This document shows, piece after piece, positions 18,488-27,628 of a DNA stretch of 64,000 nt. The notes below the pieces were generated by a model. The model was not told the DNA's origin and searched no databases. It was given only the letters and a program-made list of their open reading frames with translations. The position numbers and the translations under genes were made by a program. Positions within the stretch are counted from its first letter, which is position 1, and every line of letters starts with the position of its first letter. Source of the stretch: an uncultured Parachlamydiaceae bacterium (GTDB lineage: Bacteria; Chlamydiota; Chlamydiia; Chlamydiales; Parachlamydiaceae); the NCBI GenBank assembly GCA_963801335.1, contig CAWDEQ010000001.1, positions 1,452,237-1,516,236 on the forward strand. Reading direction: 5' to 3'.

Positions 18488-18640
18488 AAAAATCCTTTTA
18501 AAATTAAGAATTAATTATACTAAAAAATGCAATTTAATGCAATTTAATAATAGCAGTTCAAAGGTCGGTGGTCGTTTTGTCCTTTAGTCCTTTTATTCAA
18601 CGCTTTACATCAAACCTTTTTTTTGTTATTTTCATGTATT

Positions 18641-20374
18641 ATGGATTCTGAAGAAATACCCCTTTACCCAGCTCTTTCGCCCTCCAAGAAGTTGTTTCTT
18701 CTTGTTCTGTCCTTTTTTATTGTCGCTTTTGGGCAGCCAGCTTGGAGTTGGCTGAGCAGCCTTGCAGCAGCCGCTTTTGGATATGCTCTGTTTTGGAGAG
18801 TCCTATTGGACTATCCCTCGGCTTCAAAGCGTTTCTGGTTATCTGCCGAATGGTTTGCCGCTGTTCAGCTATTGCAACTCTCTTGGCTTTTGTCGCATCC
18901 CTATTCCTACATTTATTTTCTTTGGATTTTCCTTGCCTTTATGATGGGGCTGCAATTTGGCCTGATCGGACTGTTGATCCAACCTAAGAATTTTGAGCAT
19001 TGGATCAAGTGGATCGCGATTCCAGCACTTTGGGTGTTTCTAGAATGGGGGCGCCTTTTTGTCCTATCTGGTTTTTCTTTCAATCCCGCTGGGTTGGCCT
19101 TGACAGCCCATGAGCTGCCTCTTCAAGCTGCTTCCCTTATGGGAGTCTTCGGCCTCTCCTTCTGGGTGATGCTGACGAATTGTTTGGCGCTGAAACTCTG
19201 GCTCAAGCGTTGGTCCCTCACCTATTTTCTCATCTGGGGTATAGCGGTTGGCCTGCCCTATTTCTATGGCATTGCCCATCACTCTTATCACGACCCTTAC
19301 TTTGCCAAGCACGAGGCCGAAAAGCTAAAGCCCTTCCGCGCCGTCTTGGTCCAGACAGCGTTCCCCGTGGAAGAATCGTTGGCAATCTGGGGCTCAAAAG
19401 ATCGAGTGAGGTATGTGATTGGAGAATGGAAAAAAATCTTGTCTATATCCAAAAAAAACTTGGGAAAACCGATCGATCTCATCGCCTATCCCGAGTTTAT
19501 TGTTCCTTTTGGCACCTATACCATGATTTATCCTTATTCCCAGGTGAAGGGAATCTTTCAAGAGATCCTTGGCTTCGATAGCGTAAAAGATCTTCCTCCG
19601 CTAAGTTCCCCCTTTGCCCGGCAAGTGGATACTCAGCAGGGGCCTGTCTGGTTCGTGAACAATGCGTTTTGGCTTCAAGGGATTGCGAATATATTCCAGA
19701 GCGATGTGATTTCAGGTTTGGAAGATGTCGAGGAGGTAGCTCCAGGAAAACGCGAGTATTACAGCTCTGCCATCTACTTTCAGGCTAAGCAAAACCATCA
19801 GCCTGGGGAAGAGAACTACCAGATGGAGCGCTATGAAAAAAGGGTTTTAGTGCCCATGGGGGAATATATTCCTTTCGGATTTCTTAAAGAACTTGCAGGA
19901 ACCTATGGTATCCAGAGCTCTTTTACCTGCGGGAAGGAAGCTAAAGTCTTTACCAAAAGCAAAATCCCTTTTGGGGCTTCGATCTGCTATGAAGAAACCT
20001 ATGGGGATATGATGCGGGAAAATAGGATCAAGGGTGCAGAAATGCTGGTCAATTTGAGCAGCGATGTGTGGTATCCCAATTCTAAGTTGATCAAACAGCA
20101 TTTTGATCACGCACGGCTTCGCACGGTTGAGATGGGCATCCCTCTGATTCGCGCCTGCAACACGGGCATCACGTGCGGAGTCGATAGCTTAGGGCGAATC
20201 GTCGATGTGCTAGGCGATAATGAAGAACAGGAATGGATTGCCGATTCCTTATACTTGCGCGTCCCGACCTATACTTACCATACAATCTATGCAAAAGTCG
20301 GCGACGCTTTGATTGTTGGATTGTGCGCACTCCTGTTGCTTATCAGCTTTGTAACTCACAGATATCAGAGATAG
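18641..20374 (+). CDS. lnt: Apolipoprotein N-acyltransferase
   Basis: The N-terminal half is multi-TM. The C-terminal CN-hydrolase has an E-K-C triad context (AYPEFIVPF, YEKRVLVPMGEYIP, ASICYEETY). The ATG at 18641 is preferred over the TTG at 18623. It lies upstream of lpxC, as in Chlamydia. Confidence 0.85.
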   Translation: MDSEEIPLYPALSPSKKLFLLVLSFFIVAFGQPAWSWLSSLAAAAFGYALFWRVLLDYPSASKRFWLSAEWFAAVQLLQLSWLLSHPYSYIYFLWIFLAFMMGLQFGLIGLLIQPKNFEHWIKWIAIPALWVFLEWGRLFVLSGFSFNPAGLALTAHELPLQAASLMGVFGLSFWVMLTNCLALKLWLKRWSLTYFLIWGIAVGLPYFYGIAHHSYHDPYFAKHEAEKLKPFRAVLVQTAFPVEESLAIWGSKDRVRYVIGEWKKILSISKKNLGKPIDLIAYPEFIVPFGTYTMIYPYSQVKGIFQEILGFDSVKDLPPLSSPFARQVDTQQGPVWFVNNAFWLQGIANIFQSDVISGLEDVEEVAPGKREYYSSAIYFQAKQNHQPGEENYQMERYEKRVLVPMGEYIPFGFLKELAGTYGIQSSFTCGKEAKVFTKSKIPFGASICYEETYGDMMRENRIKGAEMLVNLSSDVWYPNSKLIKQHFDHARLRTVEMGIPLIRACNTGITCGVDSLGRIVDVLGDNEEQEWIADSLYLRVPTYTYHTIYAKVGDALIVGLCALLLLISFVTHRYQR

Positions 20375-20484
20375 GCTGGCATAACACAACAGGCTAACTT
20401 TACCAGACTTGTGGTGATGTGAATATCCTTGCTAAAAATCGATTCTGTCGAATACGATTCTAATCTCTTAATGATCAATGATGA

Positions 20485-21375
20485 GTGCACCTAGTGGTTA
20501 CAGTAAGCCCCAACTTGAAAACGCAGTGCCGGCGCCAGCAGACTTTAAAAAACAAGGTGGCGTTTTCTGGCATTGGGATCCATACGGGTGAGCAGGTGCA
20601 CATGTCCTTTTGCCCTGCAAAAGAGGGCACGGGCATCCTTTTCAAGAGGACGGATCTGCCTGGGCATCCGATCATTCCGGCTACAGTGGAATATGTGTGC
20701 GAAAGTGCGCGCAGCACGACGATAGGCATTAAAGGCATCCAAATTCAAACCATTGAGCATGTCTTGGCGGCCATACGTTCCCATGATATCGATAATTTAG
20801 TCATCGAAATCGATAGCATTGAACCGCCGGTTGGAAATGGGAGCTCCGATGTTTTTGTGAACATGATTGAAGAGTCGGGCATCCAAGAGCAGGAGGGATA
20901 TGTTCCGATCGTCAAAATCCAGAAGCCCGTCTATTTTTCTGAAGGGGAAATCCATCTGGTTGCTTTGCCCTATGAGGGATATCGCATCAGCTATACGCTG
21001 AACTACCCTAACCATCCCATTTTGCACTCTCAATACCATACCACGCTGGTCGACCGTGGGACATTTAAATCTGATATCGCCCCTTGCCGTACTTTTTCTC
21101 TTTATGAAGAGGTCGCCTACCTGATGGATCGCGGCTTGGTCAAGGGGGCGAGCCTGGATAATGGCGTTGTGGTAAAAGGCAACACAGTTTTCAGCAAAGA
21201 GGGATTATTTTTCCCCAACGAAATGGCTCGCCATAAGATTCTCGATATGATCGGGGACTTGTCGCTCGTGGGCTTTCCTTTCCATGCGCACATCATCGCT
21301 ATCAGGGCAGGACATGCATCGAACTACGCTTTTGCAAAGAAATTGTATAACTATATCACGATGGAGAGCATCTGA
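20485..21375 (+). CDS. lpxC: UDP-3-O-acyl-GlcNAc deacetylase
   Basis: Motifs RQQTLKNKVAFSGIGIHTGE, TIEHVLAA, HKILDMIGDL and AGHASN. The start is uncertain: GTG at 20485 or the in-frame TTG at 20515. Confidence 0.9.
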   Translation: MHLVVTVSPNLKTQCRRQQTLKNKVAFSGIGIHTGEQVHMSFCPAKEGTGILFKRTDLPGHPIIPATVEYVCESARSTTIGIKGIQIQTIEHVLAAIRSHDIDNLVIEIDSIEPPVGNGSSDVFVNMIEESGIQEQEGYVPIVKIQKPVYFSEGEIHLVALPYEGYRISYTLNYPNHPILHSQYHTTLVDRGTFKSDIAPCRTFSLYEEVAYLMDRGLVKGASLDNGVVVKGNTVFSKEGLFFPNEMARHKILDMIGDLSLVGFPFHAHIIAIRAGHASNYAFAKKLYNYITMESI

Positions 21376-21845
21376 TGCTTAAGAAAGAGTCGTTCCAAGA
21401 AAAATCTTTGGATATCAAAGAAATTGTCAAAATTTTGCCGCACCGATTCCCCTTTCTGCTCGTCGATAGAATCATCGAAATAGACTTGGAAAAGGGCTTT
21501 ATTGTCGGACAAAAAAATGCGACGATCAACGAGGCTTTTTTTCAGGGGCATTTTCCGGGTGCTCCGATCATGCCTGGGGTCCTGATCTTAGAAGCGCTTG
21601 CCCAAACGGGCGGGGTCTTAGTCCACCTCAAGCAACAAATGACCGACAAGGTGGCGGTATTGCTCAATGTCAACCATGCCAAATTCCGCAATCCTGTGCG
21701 CCCCGGAGATATCCTCAAACTGCGCTGCGAAGGCATCCATTTTAGTTCCAAAGGGGGCCGGATCCTGGCTCTCGCCACTGTCGATGAAAAAGTGGCAGTG
21801 GAAGCGGAAATGGGTTTTGCGCTCGTTGACAAAAGCCAAATATAA
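21375..21845 (+). CDS. fabZ: 3-hydroxyacyl-ACP dehydratase
   Basis: Motifs LPHRFPFLLVDRI and FFQGHFPGAPIMPGVLILEALAQ. The start overlaps the lpxC stop. Confidence 0.95.
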   Translation: MLKKESFQEKSLDIKEIVKILPHRFPFLLVDRIIEIDLEKGFIVGQKNATINEAFFQGHFPGAPIMPGVLILEALAQTGGVLVHLKQQMTDKVAVLLNVNHAKFRNPVRPGDILKLRCEGIHFSSKGGRILALATVDEKVAVEAEMGFALVDKSQI

Positions 21846-21887
21846 GGTAAAACACTATTAATTCCTAATTTACAAAAGAACATCCAT

Positions 21888-22745
21888 ATGACAAAAGCAA
21901 AGATACACCCAAATGCAGTTGTAGAGCCAGGAGCGCAAATAGGAGATGATGTCGTCATTGAACCTTTTGCCGTCGTCAAGGAACATGTCGTCCTCGAAAA
22001 GGGCGTGGTCGTCAAGTCCCATGCCTACATCGATGGATATACCACGGTCGGAGAAGGCACCACCATCTATCCCGGAGCCATTATCGGGGCTAAAACGCAA
22101 GACTTAAAATACCGCGGCGAAAAAACGTATGTCAAAATCGGCAGGCAGTGCGATATTCGCGAATGCGTCACGATCAATGCTTCGTGCGGCGAAGGGACAG
22201 CCGTCCAGATCGGGGACAAATGCCTCATCATGGCCTACTGCCACATTGCGCACAATTGCACGATAGGCAACAGGGTCATCATGGGCAACAATGCCACTCT
22301 GGCAGGACACGTCCTTGTGGAGGACTGTGCGATTGTCAGCGCCCTAACGCCTGTCCACCAATTCAGCCGCATTGGCTGTTATGCGATGGTGGGCGGCATG
22401 AGCCGTGTCACGCACGATATCCCCCCTTATACTATCGGAGCAGGCATTCCCTTCAAATTCGGAGGACTAAATATCATCGGGCTGAAGAGGCATGGCTTCC
22501 CATTGAAAACGCGCCAGGAACTGGCGAAAGCTTTCAAACTGCTTTATCGATCGCAGCTTAGGTATGAAGAGGCCCTCAATCAAATCGAACGGGAAGTGGA
22601 GCCGCTCTCGGAAGTGATCCACTTTGTCAAATTCTGCCGCGCTTCAAAACGGGGTCTGATTGGCCTGCAAGGCGTTTCGAGATTGGATGAAGAGATCGAA
22701 CAAAAAGAAGATGAAGAAGAGTTATCAATACCAGCATCTAGTTAG
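21888..22745 (+). CDS. lpxA: UDP-GlcNAc acyltransferase
   Basis: Left-handed beta-helix hexapeptide repeats (IHPNAVVEPGAQIGDDVVIEPFAVV...) and a C-terminal helical domain (GLNIIGLKRHGF). Confidence 0.95.
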   Translation: MTKAKIHPNAVVEPGAQIGDDVVIEPFAVVKEHVVLEKGVVVKSHAYIDGYTTVGEGTTIYPGAIIGAKTQDLKYRGEKTYVKIGRQCDIRECVTINASCGEGTAVQIGDKCLIMAYCHIAHNCTIGNRVIMGNNATLAGHVLVEDCAIVSALTPVHQFSRIGCYAMVGGMSRVTHDIPPYTIGAGIPFKFGGLNIIGLKRHGFPLKTRQELAKAFKLLYRSQLRYEEALNQIEREVEPLSEVIHFVKFCRASKRGLIGLQGVSRLDEEIEQKEDEEELSIPASS

Positions 22746-22748
22746 ATA

Positions 22749-23690
22749 ATGAATATCGTTTATTTCGGCACCCCACAGTTTGCAGCTGATGTATTGGACT
22801 ATCTCATCAAGCAAAAAGTGCCGATCTCTGCCGTCATCACAAAACCGGATAAGCCAAAAGGGCGCTCTGGAGAACCTGTGCAGACACCTGTCAAAAAAGT
22901 GGCTTTGGAGCATGACCTCCCTGTTTTCCAACCCGAAATCGTATCAGAGCCTGGCTTTGCCCAAACACTCGCCGATTTTAATCCCGACCTTTTTGTCGTC
23001 GTCGCTTATGGGGAAATCATCAAGCAGCACCTGTTAGATATGCCTAAAAGGGGATGCATCAACCTGCACGCAAGCCTTTTGCCTAAATGGAGGGGGGCGG
23101 CTCCGATCCAGCACAGCATCATCCACGGCGATCAAAAGACCGGAGTGACCATCATGCATATGGCCAAAAAGATGGATGCCGGAGATGTCATCAGCATGGT
23201 AAAAGTTCCCATTCCGCAAAATATGACTTTTGGCGAACTGGAAAAGGCCTTATGCGAAGCCGGCCAAGCCGCTCTTCTGGATGTCATCCACGACTTCGAA
23301 AAAGGAAACATTTCGCGGACTCCGCAGGATCATACCCAAGCGACCTATGCCCCGAAAATAGAGCTGGAGGACTGTGAATTGCATTGGGATAAATCGGCTC
23401 AGGAGCTGCACAACCTCGTCCGAGGCGTCAACCCCTATCCCGGAGCTTGGTGCTACATAAAAATGCGCGGGGGAAAAAAGCGCCTGAAAGTCCTCAGGAC
23501 TACCGTAGAAAGGGATGTGAGCGGGGCTCCCGGCTCTGTGATCGACAATGCCAAGGGGCTTGTCATCGCCTGCGGAAATGAAGGATTAAACCTCATCGAA
23601 CTGCAATTGGAAGGAAAAAAGGCCATGACGGCCGAGGAGTTTCTCCGGGGAATACCTAAATCAGCTTTGGAGTTTGTGTCAGTATGCTAG
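22749..23690 (+). CDS. fmt: Methionyl-tRNA formyltransferase
   Basis: Motifs IVYFGTPQFAA and INLHASLLPKWRGAAPIQHSI, plus a C-terminal tRNA-binding domain. Confidence 0.95.
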   Translation: MNIVYFGTPQFAADVLDYLIKQKVPISAVITKPDKPKGRSGEPVQTPVKKVALEHDLPVFQPEIVSEPGFAQTLADFNPDLFVVVAYGEIIKQHLLDMPKRGCINLHASLLPKWRGAAPIQHSIIHGDQKTGVTIMHMAKKMDAGDVISMVKVPIPQNMTFGELEKALCEAGQAALLDVIHDFEKGNISRTPQDHTQATYAPKIELEDCELHWDKSAQELHNLVRGVNPYPGAWCYIKMRGGKKRLKVLRTTVERDVSGAPGSVIDNAKGLVIACGNEGLNLIELQLEGKKAMTAEEFLRGIPKSALEFVSVC

Positions 23691-24322
23691 TCTCCCCTGT
23701 AAATTTCGTTATGACTCCCCCCTTTTATGGCAATGGGGGCTTCAGCTTTCCACCTCTCGTAAACCGCATCATCGATTTTTGCCGCACCCACTTTAAATTG
23801 ATGGAAAGCGCCGCCTTCCTCACATTGGGAACTAAAGAAATCGTGTACGACAACAAGCGGATCCGCAAAACATGGCCTTCGATAACCTCATTTTTCAGAG
23901 CTTTGATCGAAGAATTTAAAAAAAAGGATTTCGGCATCATTCATGGGGCGCTCTACATGGCTGTGGGCATTACAAGCTCTATTATCGTCGCCCATCAGTA
24001 TCAGCTTCTCAACTTGACAAAGTGGATTCCCTTTTTATCCAATACGTCCAACGGATTATTTATCGCTGCCAACATCTTTGCGCTGAATCACTATGGCAAC
24101 CTCTATCGGGAAGCGCTATTTGAAAAGGATCCAGTGATAGCAGGGAGGATGAGAGTTTCTGCTGCCATGGGAATCCTCAGCAGCCTCGGATACATTCTGG
24201 TTCCCCTTCTTACACTGTTTGGGGCGCCTATTGCTCTACCAATTGTATTAGGGGGAATAGCCGTGGCCACCGGATGCATCAAGATCCTTTACGATTACTT
24301 TTTTTCTGACTTTACATATTAA
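23684..24322 (+). CDS. Inc-like membrane protein, paralogue 1 (two hydrophobic hairpins)
   Basis: 212 aa. It has a central hydrophobic segment plus the family motif (QYQLLNLTKWIPFLS...GLFIAANIFAL). Its C-terminal bilobed hydrophobic domain is AAMGILSSLGYILVPLLTLFGAPIALPIVLGGIAVATGCI. It overlaps the fmt stop. Confidence 0.6.
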   Translation: MLVSPVNFVMTPPFYGNGGFSFPPLVNRIIDFCRTHFKLMESAAFLTLGTKEIVYDNKRIRKTWPSITSFFRALIEEFKKKDFGIIHGALYMAVGITSSIIVAHQYQLLNLTKWIPFLSNTSNGLFIAANIFALNHYGNLYREALFEKDPVIAGRMRVSAAMGILSSLGYILVPLLTLFGAPIALPIVLGGIAVATGCIKILYDYFFSDFTY

Positions 24323-24380
24323 ATCCAATGTGATATCAATAGATCCATTTGTTCCAAATCGCAACAGAAAGGAGAGTGCT

Positions 24381-25247
24381 ATGGTCCAACCAGCTGCTTG
24401 CCAACCATGCTTTATCGATAGCTGCAGAAAAAACGTCTCAAAGGTTTACCATCATATTGCTGACTCCCGCATTGTAAAAATTGCTAAGCAATGCATCGAA
24501 GAATTTTTAGCAATGGTAGATAAAATCAAAAATGATCCGAATTCCAACGGAAGAGTGTTGAAGCTCTTCACCTACATGATTCATGGAATTCAAGCGTATA
24601 GAGGCCGGCCAGACTTCCAAGCTACTGCTGAGTCTCGCCTTGGCACCGTGATTAATGTGATCGATTTAGTCTGCCTTGGAAGCGACAGCTATGCTCTCTA
24701 TAAGTCCCCATGGAAAGATATCAAAGATCCCAAAAAAGCGCCAAAAGTGATCCTAAACATTGCCTGCACGGCTCTTTTTGTAGCAGCAGATGCGATAGGA
24801 GCGGCATTGTGGCTGGACAGCTTGAAAATTATCGATTTAGCCAAAATCAGCGCCTCCTTAGGCAGAGTCCCTGTATTAGGGACAATAGTCAAAGTCGGCT
24901 TTGGAACAATGGTCAATGGCCTCGTAGCCGGAGCTTTCGGTTTTATGGGTATTGAATCTTGCATCAAATTATCCGAGGCCAATGCGGAGCTCAAAAAAGC
25001 AGAGAAGGGAACCGATGCCCATAAGAGTGCCAGAGCAAAACAGATCCAGTCGATTATCGAAATTGCATGGAGCGTAGCGGAAATCGCCAAGTGCGCCTTC
25101 ATCATCGCGGGGCTGGCCTCCGTCGCAACATTCGGCATAATAGGCCTATTGTCGCTCAGCGCCATCGCAGCTGCACTAGGTCTTGCCACGTTCATCCACT
25201 ACGAACGAAATAAAAAAGAGATACAGTACGAAGGTATCAGGGCATAA
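24381..25247 (+). CDS. Inc-like membrane protein, paralogue 2
   Basis: The ATG at 24381 follows a strong RBS aaaggagag (the ORF track starts at GTG 24330). Central motif ALWLDSLKIIDLAKISASLGRVPVLGTIVK. The C-terminal IEIAWSVAEIAKCAFIIAGLASVATFGIIGLLSLSAIAAALGLATFI is clearly homologous to paralogue 4. Confidence 0.7.
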   Translation: MVQPAACQPCFIDSCRKNVSKVYHHIADSRIVKIAKQCIEEFLAMVDKIKNDPNSNGRVLKLFTYMIHGIQAYRGRPDFQATAESRLGTVINVIDLVCLGSDSYALYKSPWKDIKDPKKAPKVILNIACTALFVAADAIGAALWLDSLKIIDLAKISASLGRVPVLGTIVKVGFGTMVNGLVAGAFGFMGIESCIKLSEANAELKKAEKGTDAHKSARAKQIQSIIEIAWSVAEIAKCAFIIAGLASVATFGIIGLLSLSAIAAALGLATFIHYERNKKEIQYEGIRA

Positions 25248-25267
25248 GATTTACATGAGGGTTAATT

Positions 25268-26422
25268 ATGACGACTAAACAAATCCATGGTTTTTCAGAA
25301 ACTTGCCGAGAAATAGCTCAAACTGTCGGAACAGAACTCTCTACGGGGTTCGACTACTTAGGAAGATCATTCCGCAAATTGGAAGGGATCGATCGACTCT
25401 TTAAATTTATCGTCCCAATAGGCGACCTTTTCGTTTACATCCTGGGAGCATTTGCTCCTTTTACGGCAGTCAGAGGGCAGTTTAAAGGCTTCAATGATTA
25501 TGTTAACTTCGCCAACATCTTCACTAGGGGCAAAGAATGGAGTAACAAGGACGACAGAAAGAAAATGTTTGACGATTGGAAAGAGATGGCGAAGAAAGTC
25601 ACGCTCACTGTTGCAAACGTGTTGACGTCTATCAATTTTCTCCATCTCTGCAAAGTCATCGATCTCGGACAAATCGCAGCCAAGACAGTCACTTGGCCTA
25701 TCTGGAATATTGTCTCGACACTATCTCCTATTATGCTTGTCGCGGATGGCCTGATCGTCGTGAGCAGCCTCTTCTCCTTGAGCCAGCAGCCTGCTGCTTT
25801 GGAAAAGGGAACGGCCCACCTGGAAAAAGCCAAGAAGGATAAGCTGAAAGCTGAGAAGTGGCAGATCAAATTAGACTATTACCATGCACGGAAAAAAATT
25901 GAGGATGAGCCGAAGCAGATGCAGAGCTTCGCGGACAAGTTAAAAGCAGAATATAAACTGAAGAAATTTCATCTGCTTAACCCTGCCAATGGCTGGGGGG
26001 AAGTCGAAGACCGGTTCAACCAAAAATGGGCCGAATTCCAAAATAAAGTCCAGAGAGGTGTCGAGCCATCGCAAGTCAAGCGCTGGGAGGACCGGGCTGA
26101 AATGTGGTCCTCAGCTTATGAAGTGCATCGCAATACGCGTAAGAAGGCATGGCTCACCATCGCCAATGACGTGGTCAAGATCGCCATTATCTCATTTGCC
26201 GCCATTGCGTTGAGCATTTTAGGAATCACAACAGCCCCTGTCATGGTGCCCTTCATTCTGTTAGGGATTACCGCTGGTACGCTCGGTATTTGGAAGTTCC
26301 TGTTCGATGACATCTACAAAGATAATGAAGAAAGCATGAAAGAACTGTTTGTTAAGTCGCATAAAAAGCAGGAACATTCTTCCGAAGTCCACCCGGGTTG
26401 GATGCTCCAAACGGCTAGATAG
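25268..26422 (+). CDS. Inc-like membrane protein, paralogue 3 (with coiled-coil insert)
   Basis: 384 aa. Central motif INFLHLCKVIDLGQIAAKTVTWPIWNIV, then a K/E-rich helical region. The C-terminal bilobed domain is WLTIANDVVKIAIISFAAIALSILGITTAPVMVPFILLGITAGTLGIW. Confidence 0.7.
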   Translation: MTTKQIHGFSETCREIAQTVGTELSTGFDYLGRSFRKLEGIDRLFKFIVPIGDLFVYILGAFAPFTAVRGQFKGFNDYVNFANIFTRGKEWSNKDDRKKMFDDWKEMAKKVTLTVANVLTSINFLHLCKVIDLGQIAAKTVTWPIWNIVSTLSPIMLVADGLIVVSSLFSLSQQPAALEKGTAHLEKAKKDKLKAEKWQIKLDYYHARKKIEDEPKQMQSFADKLKAEYKLKKFHLLNPANGWGEVEDRFNQKWAEFQNKVQRGVEPSQVKRWEDRAEMWSSAYEVHRNTRKKAWLTIANDVVKIAIISFAAIALSILGITTAPVMVPFILLGITAGTLGIWKFLFDDIYKDNEESMKELFVKSHKKQEHSSEVHPGWMLQTAR

Positions 26423-26476
26423 GATATTTTGCAGAGACTTGGTTTTTCGGTAGGGTACTGATGGGCCCAATGTAAA

Positions 26477-26716
26477 TCAAAAGGCTTTATATCGAGGTTC
26501 TCGCAAATTTTGCGTCTTTTTATTCAGAGGTTTCTTTGCGCCACGATACATTCCAAAAAATGGATGTTCTTCAATCTTCTTTTTTACTTTCTTTCTTGTA
26601 GGAAGAATCATTTCCTTTAATTTCCCATGGTGAAGAATTTGGACTATTTCATTCCTTTCCAAAGCTTTTAACACATCTTTCATATTGTATCCAAGGTCTA
26701 AAATAGACGCTTTCAT
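26477..26716 (-). CDS. Phd/YefM-type antitoxin-like protein (no cognate toxin gene adjacent)
   Basis: 79 aa. The N-terminus ILDLGYNMKDVLKALERNEIVQILHHGKLKEMILP matches the antitoxin pattern (...v.itrhGkp.avlvp). The C-terminal FFGMYRGAKKP...NLREPRY resembles the ffGlwkd...lR tail of antitoxins that pair with PIN or RelE-type toxins. Confidence 0.5.
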   Translation of the reverse strand: MKASILDLGYNMKDVLKALERNEIVQILHHGKLKEMILPTRKKVKKKIEEHPFFGMYRGAKKPLNKKTQNLREPRYKAF

Positions 26717-26817
26717 ACTGAATCCCTCTTTATTTCTATTTTCTTATTTACAATATCTTAACATTTCTGCTATTATTAATTCTCAATAATAAAAATAAAA
26801 CAAAATTGAGGTAATCA

Positions 26818-27609
26818 ATGTCAGGAATATCAGCCGTAGCCTCTACAGCTGGTGTAAAAGCATTAGCTGCAGCAGAAGTAACATTCGATACGACGTGCGC
26901 GATCATAACAGAGCCAAGCGCATTGGAAAAAGTGATGAAAATCGCCCTCTGCTGCCTTGAAGCAGTCAGCCATGCCTTTAAACAGGAGGCGCTCCCCATT
27001 TTATCGCGCATCCTCACGGCTTGCCTCGACGTGACGGGCGTTCTCGATACGATACCCGACGCGATTACCTTTTTCACGACGCCATTCAAAAAGAAAAATG
27101 CTTGTAAGCTTGCAGGCAGCGCCTTGCTGCTTTCCGCCGATATTGGCGGCGTCGTCCTCTTTTTAGATGACATCAAAGTATTAGAACTCGGGCGGATTGC
27201 GATGAATATCGGCAGGAGTCCCGTCACTCAGCAGGCTGTCAAAACCGCTTTAGGTACCGTCGTAAAATCAATCGTAGGAGTGGCTTTTGCTTTCTTTGCA
27301 GTGGATGCTGCCATCCATTTAGCCACAGCGAAAAATAAAACCCAAAGAATCAAGTCTCTACTTGAATTAGCCTGGTGCGTTTCAGAGGTTGCCCTAAAAG
27401 CATTTACTCTATTCGCCCCCGCTATTTTCACTGCTGTCGGTTTGGCAGCAGCTGTACCCGTGGCGTCGATCGCAGGACCGATTGCCTTGGGATTGATTGC
27501 CGCTGGTTTAGGACTAGCAGCTTTCATTTATACGTATACACATAAAAAAGAGTTGGAAGCCGAGCCAAAGCACAATCCGAGCGATGGTAGTGCCGCGGCT
27601 GCTGCTTAA
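26818..27609 (+). CDS. Inc-like membrane protein, paralogue 4
   Basis: 263 aa. Central motif VLFLDDIKVLELGRIAMNIGRSPVTQQAVK. The C-terminal LLELAWCVSEVALKAFTLFAPAIFTAVGLAAAVPVASIAGPIALGLIAAGLGLAAFIY aligns with paralogue 2. Confidence 0.7.
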   Translation: MSGISAVASTAGVKALAAAEVTFDTTCAIITEPSALEKVMKIALCCLEAVSHAFKQEALPILSRILTACLDVTGVLDTIPDAITFFTTPFKKKNACKLAGSALLLSADIGGVVLFLDDIKVLELGRIAMNIGRSPVTQQAVKTALGTVVKSIVGVAFAFFAVDAAIHLATAKNKTQRIKSLLELAWCVSEVALKAFTLFAPAIFTAVGLAAAVPVASIAGPIALGLIAAGLGLAAFIYTYTHKKELEAEPKHNPSDGSAAAAA

Positions 27610-27628
27610 GCTCAGATAAAGGAACGCT

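Noticed and set aside
22148-22561. 137-aa alternative-frame ORF inside lpxA (and the 22104..22310 minus-strand ORF).
   Set aside because: The lpxA frame carries the hexapeptide-repeat signature. The alternative frame gives a His/Arg/Cys-rich, low-complexity translation typical of off-frame reading.
26261-26470. 69-aa minus-strand ORF downstream of the antitoxin-like gene, considered as the missing toxin.
   Set aside because: It overlaps the 3' end of paralogue 3 on the opposite strand for most of its length. It has no PIN, RelE or other toxin motifs, and it starts only 7 nt after the antitoxin stop with no RBS.
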